A stretch of 64,000 nt of DNA from Gammaproteobacteria bacterium. GTDB lineage: Bacteria > Pseudomonadota > Gammaproteobacteria > Eutrophobiales > Eutrophobiaceae. The stretch is taken from positions 3,456,001 through 3,520,000 of the forward strand of contig OZ244905.1 of assembly GCA_965221695.1 (NCBI GenBank), given 5' to 3'. Position 1 is the stretch's first letter. Every line of letters starts with the position of its first letter. A model generated the notes under the pieces. It did not search any database. It had not been told where the DNA came from and saw nothing but the letters and a program-made list of their open reading frames with translations. This document shows, piece after piece, positions 39,085 to 49,749 of this stretch. Made by a program: the position numbers and the translations under genes.

Positions 39085-39753
39085 ATGCTGAATGAGAACC
39101 CGCCTCTACTTAATGCTCTTGAAAATGAACAGAAGGCGCGCAACAGGAAGGACAGCAGGATACAGGCCCGCAACAGGGAGAAGATCCTGAGCGCAGCCAC
39201 TGAAGTCTTTTCCCTATATGGCTATCGGGGCGCTACCATTGACCAGATTGCCGATAAGGCCGAGATGTCGAAACCGAACCTGCTGTATTATTTTGCTTCC
39301 AAGGAAGACCTGTATTTCACAGTATTGCGAAATATCCTGGAAATCTGGTTGCAGCCCTTGAAGGAACTGGATGAAAACGAATCGTCGGAACACGAGATCG
39401 GCGCCTATATTGACCAGAAGATAGAATTTTCCAGGTTGTACCCGATGGCATCCCGTGTGTTTGCAAATGAGATTGCCGCCGGCGCGCCGATCCTGAAACC
39501 GGTATTGGATACTTACTTACGCGATATCGTGAAGAAAAAAGCCCGCGTCATAAGAAAATGGGTTAAACGAGGGGAGATGGCAGATGTGGACCCATACCAT
39601 TTAATTATGATGATCTGGGCTGTCACCCAACATTACTCCGACTTTGCCGTACAAGTTGACGCGCTGCTGGGCAAGTCACTGGATGAGCCCCGGTTTTATA
39701 ATCAGACCAGAAAAAATATCAAAAAGATCATTATGACGGGCATATTGAAATAG
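39085..39753 (+). CDS. rutR: RutR/PydR-type TetR pyrimidine regulator
   Basis: MSKPNLLYYF.SKE.LY, W..PL, SRVFANEI, DPYHL..MIWAVTQHYSDF; divergent from the hydA operon. Confidence 0.8.
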   Translation: MLNENPPLLNALENEQKARNRKDSRIQARNREKILSAATEVFSLYGYRGATIDQIADKAEMSKPNLLYYFASKEDLYFTVLRNILEIWLQPLKELDENESSEHEIGAYIDQKIEFSRLYPMASRVFANEIAAGAPILKPVLDTYLRDIVKKKARVIRKWVKRGEMADVDPYHLIMMIWAVTQHYSDFAVQVDALLGKSLDEPRFYNQTRKNIKKIIMTGILK

Positions 39754-39773
39754 TTTACAAATGGTTGTAGCTG

Positions 39774-41003
39774 ATGAATCCGCCATTTCATTTTGATCCC
39801 TACTCGGCGGAGTTTGCACAGGACCCGTACCCTGTGTATGCGCGCCTGCGCCGGGAATGTCCGATGTATTACCATAGGAATTGGGACGCATGGCTGTTTT
39901 CCAGGTATGAGGACATAAAGACGCTGGTAATGGATGATCGCCTGGGCAGGACCATGGATCATGTGATGTCCCGTGACGAGATTGACGCGGACCGGGCGAG
40001 CCGGGATTGGGATGCGGCGCCCAATCACAGCCGTTATGTGAAGGTCTCGATCATTGACAGCGAGGGTGCGTTGCACGACCGCCTGAGAAAAGCGGTGTTC
40101 AGGATGTTCACGCCGGCGCGGGTGAACCGCTTGCGCGGGTTTATCCAGGAATTGGCAGACCGGCAGATTGATGCCCTGGAGGGAGTTCGGGAGTTCGATT
40201 TCATCGAAGACCTGGTTGCCCCGGCGCCCGGATTTATCATTGGAGAGATGCTGGGCGTGCCGGAGCGGGACCGCCCGCAACTGCGCGCCTGGTCGGAAGA
40301 TATCGTGCAGTTTTTTGAGCCGGAACGGACGGTTGCGCACAGGGAGCTGGCGGAACGGGCGACAACGGAATTTGTCGCTTACCTGGGCGATTTGACCGCA
40401 ACACGCCGGAAGCAACCGGGAGACGATTTGATCTCGGCGATGATCGCGTGGCGCGACGGGGACAGTCGTCTGGACCAGGTCGAATTGATTTCCACCGCGA
40501 TGACGGTGCTGATGGCAGGGCATGGTTCGACCATCGACGCATTGGGTAACGGCATGTTGGCGTTGCTGCGGCATCCGCAACAGATGGCCGCGTTGCAAAC
40601 AGATCCCGGGTTGATCCAGACAGCGGTCCAGGAGATGTTCCGTTTTGACGCGCCGTTGCCGTATTTTCACCGCTATGTGCTGGAAGATATGACGTATCGG
40701 GGCCATTCATTCTCAAAAGGCGCGAAGTTCGGCTTTCTTTACGCCGCGGCCAACCGCGATGAGGCCGGGTTTCCAGCGCCGGACAGGTTTGATATTCGCC
40801 GGGAACCGAACCGGCACCTGACATTCGGCGGTGGCGCCCATCACTGCCTGGGCAGTCACCTGGCGCGTTTGAATATGGCGGTCATCTTCAAAACCGTTTT
40901 GCGGCGCTTGCCCGGGTTGAAACTGGCCGCGGAGATGGATGCGTTGCAATGGAGGCCGGGCATCCAGAGTCGCGGCCTGACGCGGTTGCCGGTGAGGCTT
41001 TGA
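39774..41003 (+). CDS. Cytochrome P450
   Basis: DPYPVY, HDRLRK, I-helix AGHGST, EMFR (ExxR), heme motif FGGGAHHCLG. Confidence 0.93.
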   Translation: MNPPFHFDPYSAEFAQDPYPVYARLRRECPMYYHRNWDAWLFSRYEDIKTLVMDDRLGRTMDHVMSRDEIDADRASRDWDAAPNHSRYVKVSIIDSEGALHDRLRKAVFRMFTPARVNRLRGFIQELADRQIDALEGVREFDFIEDLVAPAPGFIIGEMLGVPERDRPQLRAWSEDIVQFFEPERTVAHRELAERATTEFVAYLGDLTATRRKQPGDDLISAMIAWRDGDSRLDQVELISTAMTVLMAGHGSTIDALGNGMLALLRHPQQMAALQTDPGLIQTAVQEMFRFDAPLPYFHRYVLEDMTYRGHSFSKGAKFGFLYAAANRDEAGFPAPDRFDIRREPNRHLTFGGGAHHCLGSHLARLNMAVIFKTVLRRLPGLKLAAEMDALQWRPGIQSRGLTRLPVRL

Positions 41004-41045
41004 TGCATGCAGAATGACCACTATCCAAGATGTACCCCGCCCAGA

Positions 41046-41074
41046 ACCACTCCTGCACAAGCGGGAGTCCAATC
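41046..41074 (+). repeat. REP-like palindrome
   Basis: ACCACTCCTGCACAAGCGGGAGTCCAATC, located between convergent genes. Confidence 0.65.
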
Positions 41075-41103
41075 ATATAATGTGTGGACTAAAAGGCGAT
41101 TCT

Positions 41104-42597
41104 TTACTGAAACTGGGCCTGGAGCATGTGCGGTTTCACCAGCAAACGCTCCAGTAGCTCAAAGAACAGTTCTACCAGGATAGCCAGGCAAGCGGCGGGT
41201 AGCGCCCCTTGGAGAATCAGGCCGGTATCATTCAGCGCGAGCCCGGTGACGATTGGCTCGCCCAAGCCGCCTGCGCCGATGAAAGCAGCCAGTGTCGCTG
41301 TGCCGATACTGATGACCGCGGCGGTGCGGATACCGGCAAGAATATTCGGCAAGGCCATCGGCGCCAATACGTGACGTAATTGCTCCCAGCGGGTCAAGCC
41401 TATGGCCGCGGCGACCTGCTTCAGCAATGGGTCAATGGTTGTCAGCGCGGTGACGGTATTGCGCAGTATCGGCAGCAGAGAATAGAGAAATAGCGCAACA
41501 ATCGCGGGTTTCTCGCCAATCCCAAGCAACGGTATCATCAGCGCCAGCAGCGCGATGGAAGGTATCGTCTGCAGAAGTCCTGCGAGATAGACCGTGACAT
41601 TTGCCAGCGAGCGTATGCGGAATACCGCGATACCCAAGGGCAGACCAACCAGGCAGCCTAATCCCAAGGCGATAGCCGTGAGTTTGAGATGAGTAATGGT
41701 ATTGGCCAGGATGGTTGAGCGCAGCGCATCCTCAACCTTGGTCACGCCTAATCCCTGTTCCCGGATGAACCCGCTTGCAACCTCTGCGAAACTACGACCT
41801 TCGATAGTTGTCATCCCGTTCAACTGCTGCATTCGGTCGTTATCAAGCGCGCCGGCAAGCCGGCCGATTGCCTGCTTGGCCCGTTCCGGGAGGTCCGAGC
41901 GCGCGAGCGGCACCGCCAGATAGCGCGGAAAAAACCCGCGATCATCATCCAGAACGGCCAGATTGTAGCGGACCAGCTCCCCGTCGGTGGAATAAGCGTC
42001 GGTAATGTCGATGGAACCGTCGACCAGGGCCTGATAGGCCAGTCCGTGTTCAATGCCGGTCGGCTTTACCACCAGGTTATAGGTATCAGCCAGACCGGGC
42101 CAACCATCCTTCCGATTCAGAAATTCCAGGGAAAAGGCCAGCGCCAGTTCCGGGTGGCTCGCCAGCTCCGATATGCGTGTTATCCCTTTTGCCGCGGCCG
42201 CGCTTTGCCTCATCACCAGGGCATAGGTATTGTTGAACCCGAGGGCATCAAGCGCCCGCAAACCCTGTCCTGCGACTGCCGTGTTCAACTGCTCCAGGCT
42301 TGCATCCGGTTCGTCCAGCTTCAGGATGGCTTCCGCCAGGGTGCCGGTATATTCCACGTAGATGTCAATGGCCCCGTTCACCAGCGCCTGGTAACAGACC
42401 AGGGTTCCGCCCAGGCCGAATTTCCGTTCGACGGCAAAGCCTTCCAACTCCAGCAACTGCGCGACGATTTCTCCCAGCAGATAACCTTCATTGAAATTCT
42501 TGCTACCTACGACAATCCGCTCCTGTGCCTGAACCGGCGCCGCGCAGCTCAGATACAGGAGCAGGACAACGACGAGGTGGCGCCGGTCAGACATCAT
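41104..42597 (-). CDS. Osmoprotectant ABC transporter, fused substrate-binding and permease
   Basis: VGSKNFNE, EYTGT, GFNNTY and YSTDG binding domain, followed by LQTIPSIALL...IGAGGLG permease. Confidence 0.9.
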   Translation of the reverse strand: MMSDRRHLVVVLLLYLSCAAPVQAQERIVVGSKNFNEGYLLGEIVAQLLELEGFAVERKFGLGGTLVCYQALVNGAIDIYVEYTGTLAEAILKLDEPDASLEQLNTAVAGQGLRALDALGFNNTYALVMRQSAAAAKGITRISELASHPELALAFSLEFLNRKDGWPGLADTYNLVVKPTGIEHGLAYQALVDGSIDITDAYSTDGELVRYNLAVLDDDRGFFPRYLAVPLARSDLPERAKQAIGRLAGALDNDRMQQLNGMTTIEGRSFAEVASGFIREQGLGVTKVEDALRSTILANTITHLKLTAIALGLGCLVGLPLGIAVFRIRSLANVTVYLAGLLQTIPSIALLALMIPLLGIGEKPAIVALFLYSLLPILRNTVTALTTIDPLLKQVAAAIGLTRWEQLRHVLAPMALPNILAGIRTAAVISIGTATLAAFIGAGGLGEPIVTGLALNDTGLILQGALPAACLAILVELFFELLERLLVKPHMLQAQFQ

Positions 42598-43363
42598 GCC
42601 TGCCCATGTCAGATAACAAGTGACTGACATAGTCATCTACCGGGTTGTTTCTGATCTGTTGCGGGCTACCCTGTTGGATAATCCGGCCCTGTTTGAGTAT
42701 TACCATCCGCTCGGAAAGTCTTGCCGCCTCGCTGATATCATGGGTGACCAGTAGCACGGCACAGCCGCCGGCTTGCTTTAGTTGCAGCATTTCCTCGTAT
42801 ATGGCTTCGCGGGTAATGGCGTCCAACGCCGAGAAGGGTTCGTCCAGCAACAGCAGCGGCGGGTCCAACATCAGCGCCCGGCACAGTCCCACCCGTTGCG
42901 CCTGTCCTCCCGATAGGCTGTATGGGTAGCGCCCGGACAATTCGTCGCCCAACTTGAACAGCGCCAGCAGTTCGTTATAGCGTCGCGTTATCCGTTCTGC
43001 TGACCATCCTTCCAGTCTGGCGACCAGCGTAACGTTTTCCTGGACAGTGAGGTGAGGAAACAGGCCCGCCCCTTGCACCACATAACCCATCGCGCGGCGG
43101 ATGCCAGGGAGGCGGTCATAATCAAGCGGTTGGCCGAGAATGCGCACTACGCCGGTATCCGGCCGGATCAACCCGTTGATGAGCTGTAACAACGTCGACT
43201 TGCCGCTCCCGCTCTCGCCGACAATTGCCGTCGTGCTGTTTGCCCTCAACGCCAGTGTCAGGTCGCGGATAACCGGTTTGTCAGCGTAGGACTTGACGAC
43301 ATCCTCAAATTCGACGGCAGGCAACAGCAGGGGAACGAGATCGCCTTCGACCAGGCTTTTCAT
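42587..43363 (-). CDS. Osmoprotectant ABC transporter ATP-binding protein
   Basis: GESGSGKST, LSGGQ, LLDEPF, VTHD; overlaps the permease start. Confidence 0.9.
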   Translation of the reverse strand: MKSLVEGDLVPLLLPAVEFEDVVKSYADKPVIRDLTLALRANSTTAIVGESGSGKSTLLQLINGLIRPDTGVVRILGQPLDYDRLPGIRRAMGYVVQGAGLFPHLTVQENVTLVARLEGWSAERITRRYNELLALFKLGDELSGRYPYSLSGGQAQRVGLCRALMLDPPLLLLDEPFSALDAITREAIYEEMLQLKQAGGCAVLLVTHDISEAARLSERMVILKQGRIIQQGSPQQIRNNPVDDYVSHLLSDMGRHDV

Positions 43364-43647
43364 GAGCTTGTTTCATTGGGAGTTGAAGCGCGCACCGGTC
43401 TTGTTCAGAAGCCGAGTTTTACGGCAATTCGATGAGCAGTATAATGCAGGCAGGTAGTTTATGCAGGAAAATTTTGTTCAGAATGCAGGTTTTCTCATAT
43501 TCCGGCGCACATTAGTTGTATTGCCCTGCCGGCCACTACGGGCGAGTTGAGGGCGCCTGAGTCTTGAATATAAGCGTTAAGCTATGTACGCTATCGCAAG
43601 ACGATAATCGGCGCTTCTGATTGTGTTATTCGATGGGGGAAATCAAG

Positions 43648-44823
43648 ATGAGAACAATACCCGGGGAGTTTATTGCGGCATTACTGGCGAGCGCGCTACT
43701 GACAATATTCGGGTGCTCGAATGGCAACGAGCCTATTCACGAGAATGCGGTAGGCGAAGGTGAAGGCCAACTCGATATCGTAGCCTGGGCGGGCTATATC
43801 GAAAGAGGGGAAACCGATCCGAAATTCGACTGGGTGACAGCATTCGAGGAACAGACCGGTTGCATGGTCAAAGTCAAGACCGCCAATACCTCCGATGAAA
43901 TGGTGGCTTTGATGAACGAGGGTGGTTTTGACCTGGTGACAGCCTCAGGCGACGCGTCCGTTCGTCTCATCGTCGGTGGTCGTGTCAGAGAGATAGATCC
44001 GGCGCTTATCCCGAGCTGGGACACAATCGATGACAGGCTGAAAAATGCTCCCTGGCATACAATCAACGGCAAGCATTATGGCGTTCCCTACATGTGGGGG
44101 CCAAATGTCCTGATGTATAACACCGAGGTTTTTTCGGAGCCACCCACCAGTTGGAACGTGGTATTCGAGGAGATGATACTTCCCGACGGAAAATCTAACA
44201 AAGGTCGTGTCCAGGCTTACGATGGCCCGATTCATATTGCCGATGCCGCCAATTACCTGATGTACCACAATCCGGAATTAGGTATTGAAAACCCTTACGA
44301 ACTTAACCAGGATCAATACCAGGCGGCGCTTGACCTGCTCAGGCAACAGCGGAAACTGGTAGGGCGCTACTGGCATGACGCCTTTATCCAAATGGATGAT
44401 TTTACTAATGAAGGCATAGTCGCGTCAGGCTCCTGGCCGTTTATGGTCAACATTCTGCAATCCAAAGGCTTTCCGGTTGCATCGACGATTCCGCAAGAAT
44501 TATCAACCGGCTGGGCCGATACGACAATGATGCATGTGGAAGCGAAACATCCAAATTGCGCATATATGTGGATGGAACACTCCCTCACGTCAAACCTGAT
44601 GAGTGACTTATCAGTCTGGTTCGGCGCCAACCCCAGCGTTCCCGAAGCCTGCGCGGATGGCCGCGGTATGCAGACGGCAGCAGGCTGTAAGAAGAACGGC
44701 ATGGATAATTTTGACAAAATCAAATTCTGGACGACGCCAGTGACGGATTGCGCAACTCAGAATGAGTGTGTTCCGTATTACCGCTGGGTAAGCGATTATA
44801 TCGGCGTTATCGGTGGTCGCTGA
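43648..44823 (+). CDS. ydcS: Polyamine-type ABC substrate-binding lipoprotein (YdcS-like)
   Basis: IFGC lipobox; GEGEGQLDIVAWAGYIERG, TSDEMV, TASGDAS, GWADT, KHPNCAY.W. Confidence 0.82.
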   Translation: MRTIPGEFIAALLASALLTIFGCSNGNEPIHENAVGEGEGQLDIVAWAGYIERGETDPKFDWVTAFEEQTGCMVKVKTANTSDEMVALMNEGGFDLVTASGDASVRLIVGGRVREIDPALIPSWDTIDDRLKNAPWHTINGKHYGVPYMWGPNVLMYNTEVFSEPPTSWNVVFEEMILPDGKSNKGRVQAYDGPIHIADAANYLMYHNPELGIENPYELNQDQYQAALDLLRQQRKLVGRYWHDAFIQMDDFTNEGIVASGSWPFMVNILQSKGFPVASTIPQELSTGWADTTMMHVEAKHPNCAYMWMEHSLTSNLMSDLSVWFGANPSVPEACADGRGMQTAAGCKKNGMDNFDKIKFWTTPVTDCATQNECVPYYRWVSDYIGVIGGR

Positions 44824-44834
44824 TTGTGAGCTCA

Positions 44835-44861
44835 GGAATCGCTGATTAAGTCAGAGGTTCC
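44835..44861 (+). mobile_element. Minimal 27-bp MITE hairpin
   Basis: GGAATCGCTGATTAAGTCAGAGGTTCC. Confidence 0.7.
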
Positions 44862-44882
44862 TGCTTCGTTAACCGGATAGTA

Positions 44883-45929
44883 ATGCAGCGCCATTCAAAG
44901 CCGATTGCTGAGGCACAGGCCGTTCTTGAAGCGCCAAACCAGGCGGTTCACCTAAATAAAATCTCTAAGTATTTTGGCGAGACGCGTGCGCTCGACGGCG
45001 TCGAGCTCGTCATCTATGAGGGCGAGTTTTTTGCGATGCTCGGTCCGTCAGGTTCTGGAAAAACCACTTGTCTACGGGTGATTGCGGGATTTGAGCAGCC
45101 TTCAGCCGGAGAAATCAGCATTTTTGAAGAAGAAGCTTCTGCGATACCGCCTTACAGGCGCAAAGTTAACACGGTGTTCCAGGACTATGCGCTTTTTCCC
45201 CACCTCAACGTTGAGGATAACGTGTCCTATGGCCTGAAGATCAAGGGCGTGAGCAAGGAGCAACAGCGCCAAGCTGCCGAACAAGCTTTAGCCCTGGTGC
45301 GCCTGCCAGGCTATGGTCATCGAAAACCGGGCCAGTTGTCAGGCGGGCAACGCCAGCGGGTTGCGCTTGCGCGCGCCCTGGTCAACAAACCAAAAGTGCT
45401 ATTGCTCGACGAGCCGCTGGGCGCGCTCGATCTGAAACTGCGCGAGGAAATGCAGGAAGAGTTGAAGGAACTGCAGAGAAAACTCGGCATCACTTTTGTC
45501 TTTGTCACCCACGACCAGGGCGAAGCGCTTTCCATGGCCGATCGAATTGCTGTCTTCAATAAAGGAAAAATTGTCCAGGTCGGCGCTCCGCAAGAACTCT
45601 ATCACCGGCCTGACAATGAATTTATCGCCAACTTTGTCGGTTCTTCAAATATCCTCCCCGCTGAGCTGGTAGCAAAGCTGGTGGGTCAACATTGTCCCGC
45701 AAGTCTGCGCCCGGAGGCGGTCAGATTGGTGAATGCCGGCGGCCACGCGGCAACTGTCACGGGCGCGAGTTTTCTCGGCGCGTCTGTTAAAGTATCGTTG
45801 CAGATGGGTGACTTGCGGTTGAATGCGCTGCTTGAAAATAGCGCCAGCCTGCCTCAAGTCGGCCAGCGCGTGCATATTGATTGGAAACGCAGCGATTTGC
45901 ATCTGATGGAAAAGAGCAAGGATGAATAA
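44883..45929 (+). CDS. ydcT: Polyamine-type ABC ATP-binding protein (YdcT/PotA-like)
   Basis: GPSGSGKTT, VNTVFQDYALFPH, LSGGQ, LDLKLRE. Confidence 0.82.
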   Translation: MQRHSKPIAEAQAVLEAPNQAVHLNKISKYFGETRALDGVELVIYEGEFFAMLGPSGSGKTTCLRVIAGFEQPSAGEISIFEEEASAIPPYRRKVNTVFQDYALFPHLNVEDNVSYGLKIKGVSKEQQRQAAEQALALVRLPGYGHRKPGQLSGGQRQRVALARALVNKPKVLLLDEPLGALDLKLREEMQEELKELQRKLGITFVFVTHDQGEALSMADRIAVFNKGKIVQVGAPQELYHRPDNEFIANFVGSSNILPAELVAKLVGQHCPASLRPEAVRLVNAGGHAATVTGASFLGASVKVSLQMGDLRLNALLENSASLPQVGQRVHIDWKRSDLHLMEKSKDE

Positions 45930-46866
45930 ATCATTTTCAGTTTATCGCGCCGGTGGAGGCTGGTTGAACCGGCTGGCCGATTTGCTCTGGCGTCGGCCAA
46001 AACTACTGTTGTCGCTGATGTTGTTGCCACCGCTGTTATGGTTGGGTGTGGTGTATATCGGTTCCATGTTCGCGTTGCTGGCGCAAAGTTTCTTTTCCAT
46101 TGATGAGTTTTCCGGGCTGATCAGGCGCGAGTTCACGTTAAAGACCTACAGGGAACTCCTGGTTATTTCCAATCTGGATATTATCTTCCGCACGATTGCA
46201 ATGGCGGCCTCAGTGACGTTTGCTGCGGTTATAGTTTCCTTTCCCATCGCATATTTCGCGGCACGATACGCGCGCGGCAAATGGAAAGCAGTATTTTACT
46301 TAGGTGTGATGCTGCCGTTTTGGTCAAGCTATCTCGTTAAAGTCTATGCCTGGAAGCTCATTCTGGCCAAAGAAGGCATTTTGACCTGGTTGTTTGAAAA
46401 CCTGCGCCTGCTATGGTTGCTTGACGGCATGTTAGGCATTCCGGTTATCGGCGGCAACTCGCTGTCCGTCAGCTATATCGGCGCCTTTCTCGTTTTTCTG
46501 TATGTCTGGCTGCCTTACATGATCTTGCCTATGCAAGCGGCCATAGAGCGTGTGCCAGTGAGTTATCTGGAGGCATCGGCAGACCTGGGAGCGCCGCCCT
46601 GGCAAACCTTTAAGACAGTGCTTTTGCCGCTGGCCTTGCCTGGCGTGATTGCCGGGTCTATTTTCACCTTCTCGCTGACTCTTGGCGACTACATCATACC
46701 GCAGATCATCGGCTCATCCCGGCTGTTCATCGGCCAGGCTGTGTATGCGCACCAGGGCACCGCGGGGAATATCCCACTGGCTGCCGCGTTCACTGTCGTG
46801 CCGATTGTTGTGATGGGATTTTATCTCTGGATGGCGAAACGCAAGGGGGCGTTCGATGCGCTCTGA
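45922..46866 (+). CDS. ydcU: ABC permease (YdcU-like)
   Basis: [32 protein letters not shown]. Confidence 0.8.
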   Translation: MNKSFSVYRAGGGWLNRLADLLWRRPKLLLSLMLLPPLLWLGVVYIGSMFALLAQSFFSIDEFSGLIRREFTLKTYRELLVISNLDIIFRTIAMAASVTFAAVIVSFPIAYFAARYARGKWKAVFYLGVMLPFWSSYLVKVYAWKLILAKEGILTWLFENLRLLWLLDGMLGIPVIGGNSLSVSYIGAFLVFLYVWLPYMILPMQAAIERVPVSYLEASADLGAPPWQTFKTVLLPLALPGVIAGSIFTFSLTLGDYIIPQIIGSSRLFIGQAVYAHQGTAGNIPLAAAFTVVPIVVMGFYLWMAKRKGAFDAL

Positions 46867-47689
46867 TACGCACAAGAGAGCGCCGCTGATGTTAAAAGTC
46901 GCCGCCTGCTTGGGCATGCTGTTTTTGCACCTGCCCATACTGCTGATTTTTGCGTACGCGTTTACCACGGAAGACAAGACCTTTCAGTGGCCCTTGCCGG
47001 GTTTGACTCTCAAATGGTTCGCAGTAACCTGGAATCGGCCTGACGTTTGGGAAGCCTTGTATCTTTCGGTGCGGGTTGCGGCGGTGTCGACATTTCTGGC
47101 ATTAATCCTGGGAACCTTGTGCGCTGCGGCGGTTGCGCGCGCCAGGTTCTTCGGCCGAGAAACCATTTCACTCCTGGTCATTTTGCCTATTGCGCTTCCC
47201 GGGATTATCACCGGCATTGCCTTACGCTCCGCGTTTAACATTGCAGATATACCATTTTCGTTTTGGACGATTATCCTTGGTCATGCCACTTTCTGTATAG
47301 TGATCGTTTACAACAACGCTGTCGCCAGGTTCAGACGCCTTTCAGGGTCATTGATAGAAGCCTCCATGGATCTTGGCGCGAACGGCTTTCAAACCTTTCT
47401 GTATGTAATTTTACCGAATATCTCAACCGCCTTGTTGGCGGGTGGCTTGCTGGCCTTTGCCCTGTCATTCGATGAGGTGATCGTCACTACGTTTACCGCG
47501 GGTCAGCAGGCGACATTGCCAATCTGGATGCTAGAAGAGCTGGTGCGTCCCCGGCAGCGCCCGGTAACCAATGTGGTCGCCATGGTTGTAGCGCTGGTTA
47601 CCTTCTTCCCGATACTCGCCGCTTACTACCTGACGCGGGACCGCGATAAGGTCAACAGCGCGGGGAACCGGTATTTGCCAAAAGGATAG
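46856..47689 (+). CDS. ydcV: ABC permease (YdcV-like)
   Basis: [28 protein letters not shown]. Confidence 0.8.
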   Translation: MRSDTHKRAPLMLKVAACLGMLFLHLPILLIFAYAFTTEDKTFQWPLPGLTLKWFAVTWNRPDVWEALYLSVRVAAVSTFLALILGTLCAAAVARARFFGRETISLLVILPIALPGIITGIALRSAFNIADIPFSFWTIILGHATFCIVIVYNNAVARFRRLSGSLIEASMDLGANGFQTFLYVILPNISTALLAGGLLAFALSFDEVIVTTFTAGQQATLPIWMLEELVRPRQRPVTNVVAMVVALVTFFPILAAYYLTRDRDKVNSAGNRYLPKG

Positions 47690-47866
47690 CCCGGATATGG
47701 CGGCAGTAGATGCTATGGACGCATCCAGCGCAGTTTGTAATAATGCGTAGTTGGGAGTAACTTTTACCATCTGATATTGATCATGTCCCCAACAACGTCA
47801 GGCAAGCTGTTGAAAATCCGGGTTAGCGTTTACCGGTTATTGGAAGCCGCATATTTATAGCCGAAC

Positions 47867-49504
47867 ATGAAAAACTATTCTTTCGATACCTTCCGTGGTG
47901 ACCTTTTCGGAGGCATCACGTCCGCAGTGGTGGCGTTGCCGGTTGCGCTTGCATTTGGCGTTGCAACCGGGCTGGGCGCGGCAGCCGGGTTATATGGCGC
48001 AATAGGCGTGGGCTTTTTCGCCGCGGTGTTCGGCGGCACGCGCTCGCAGATTTCCGGCCCGACCGGTCCCATGACGATCGCGATGGCAGTGGTAATCACG
48101 ACTCATGCATCGACTGTTAGCGAAGCCTTTGCCGTCGTCATATTGGGCGGGCTGTTGCAAATGCTGTTGGGCGTCCTCAGAATGGGTCGGTTCGTGGTCT
48201 ATACGCCCTACGTGGTGATCTCAGGGTTTATGTCCGGGGTCGGGATCATCATCATGCTGATTCAGATCATGCCCTTCCTCGGAGCGCCCCCTGTGAGTGG
48301 CGGCCCGGTTGCGGTGCTGCGCGCGCTGCCTGATGGATTGGCGAATATGAATCCAAGCGCAGCAGCCCTTGGGACGCTTGCACTCGCCGTCGCGGTCTTG
48401 TGGCCCCGACGCCTGGCCAGGTACGTGCCGGGTTTGCTGATGGCGCTTGTCGCGGGAACGCTGCTCAGTGTGCTGTGGCTGCCTGATGTTTCCGTAATCG
48501 GTGAGGTGCCCACCGGATTGCCCTCGATACAAGCGCAATGGCCCGGCTTCGCGTTTCTGTTGGGCGCGCTCCAGCCGGCTCTGATACTTGCTTTGCTTGG
48601 TTCGGTGGACAGCCTGCTGACTTCACTGGTTGCAGATTCGCTGAGTGGAACCCGGCATAAACCGAATCGCGAACTCGTGGGGCAGGGCATTGGCAACATG
48701 GTTGCGGGACTGATCGGCGGTCTGCCCGGAGCCGGGGCTACCATGGGCACCGTCACCAACATTCGATCTGGCGGGTCGACACCGGTATCCGGAGCGATAT
48801 ACGCATTACTGGCGCTCATCCTGATGTTGGGGATGGGCGATCTCGTCCAACCGGTGCCACATGCTGTTCTCGCCGGGATCGTGATTAAAGTCGGCTGGGA
48901 TATTATCGACTGGCCTCTTATCACCCGCATCCATCGTATTCCCAAGGCGAATCTTATCATCATGGCGCTGACCCTGGGCCTCACGGTCTTTGTCGACCTG
49001 GTAACGGCCGTGGCATTCGGATTGATTGCCGCAGGGATGGTGCATGCCCGGCAGTTGGAGAAGCTGGAACTGGATAGCGTGATCTCCGTTCCTATCCTGG
49101 ATAAGGTGTTTTTCGCTAGTCACCCGGAGTCAGACGCAATGGACTTGTACTCCGCCCGGGTCGGGTACGTCCGTCTTAATGGCCACTTCACCGTTGCGTC
49201 TTCGCAGAATCTCTACAGCGTTATCGGGGAAGATCTGAAAGACCATGAAGTCGTGGTCTTCGACTTCAGCGAAGCCATGCACATCGACGACAGCGCCGCA
49301 ATGACGATCAACCGCCTGATCATCAGCGCCGGAAAACAGGACACCCAATGCATCGTGATGGGTCTTTCCGGCTCGACAGCCAAAACACTGGAAGCGCTCG
49401 ACATACTGCGCGATCTCCCGGAAACCCATGTAGTAAAGACAATGGACGAAGCGCGCAACCAGGCCTTGCGGCTATTGACGGAACGGGATAAACAAAAGAC
49501 TTGA
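47867..49504 (+). CDS. SulP family anion transporter with STAS domain
   Basis: ALP.ALAFG, ISGPTGPM, DSLLTS, NRELVGQG; C-terminal STAS with IDDSA. Confidence 0.92.
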   Translation: MKNYSFDTFRGDLFGGITSAVVALPVALAFGVATGLGAAAGLYGAIGVGFFAAVFGGTRSQISGPTGPMTIAMAVVITTHASTVSEAFAVVILGGLLQMLLGVLRMGRFVVYTPYVVISGFMSGVGIIIMLIQIMPFLGAPPVSGGPVAVLRALPDGLANMNPSAAALGTLALAVAVLWPRRLARYVPGLLMALVAGTLLSVLWLPDVSVIGEVPTGLPSIQAQWPGFAFLLGALQPALILALLGSVDSLLTSLVADSLSGTRHKPNRELVGQGIGNMVAGLIGGLPGAGATMGTVTNIRSGGSTPVSGAIYALLALILMLGMGDLVQPVPHAVLAGIVIKVGWDIIDWPLITRIHRIPKANLIIMALTLGLTVFVDLVTAVAFGLIAAGMVHARQLEKLELDSVISVPILDKVFFASHPESDAMDLYSARVGYVRLNGHFTVASSQNLYSVIGEDLKDHEVVVFDFSEAMHIDDSAAMTINRLIISAGKQDTQCIVMGLSGSTAKTLEALDILRDLPETHVVKTMDEARNQALRLLTERDKQKT

Positions 49505-49538
49505 TTGACAGCTTATAGCTCGCTCGCAATTGATCTAA

Positions 49539-49689
49539 GGAACCTCTGATTAAGTCAGAGGTTTCTACGATACAAGGATGTATCGTCAATATCAATGACT
49601 GTAAGGCATTGATATTGTGAGGAAAACAAAAATCGCATTTTTGTTTTCCGTACTCTGACAAGTCCAGGATGGACTTGTTCAGAGTTTCC
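49539..49689 (+). mobile_element. Longest IS5-like MITE copy (151 bp) with CTAA target duplication
   Basis: TIRs GGAACCTCTGATTAAGTC and (reverse complement) GGAAACTCTGAACAAGTC; CTAA at 49535-49538 and 49690-49693; five internal hairpins. Confidence 0.88.
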
Positions 49690-49749
49690 CTAATTTTCAA
49701 TTCCCGCCCGGAGGGCGACCTGTTTTACTGCTGGCTTCCCGTCCGCTGC

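Noticed and set aside
39702-40706. Long antisense ORFs (also 3125..4042, 17860..18681, 25173..26033)
   Set aside because: They are shadows of well-supported genes on the opposite strand, expected at this GC content, and have no recognisable motifs.
47763-47778. TTTACCA-TC-TGATATT upstream of sulP as a RutR-like site
   Set aside because: Only one half matches and there is no functional link; likely chance.
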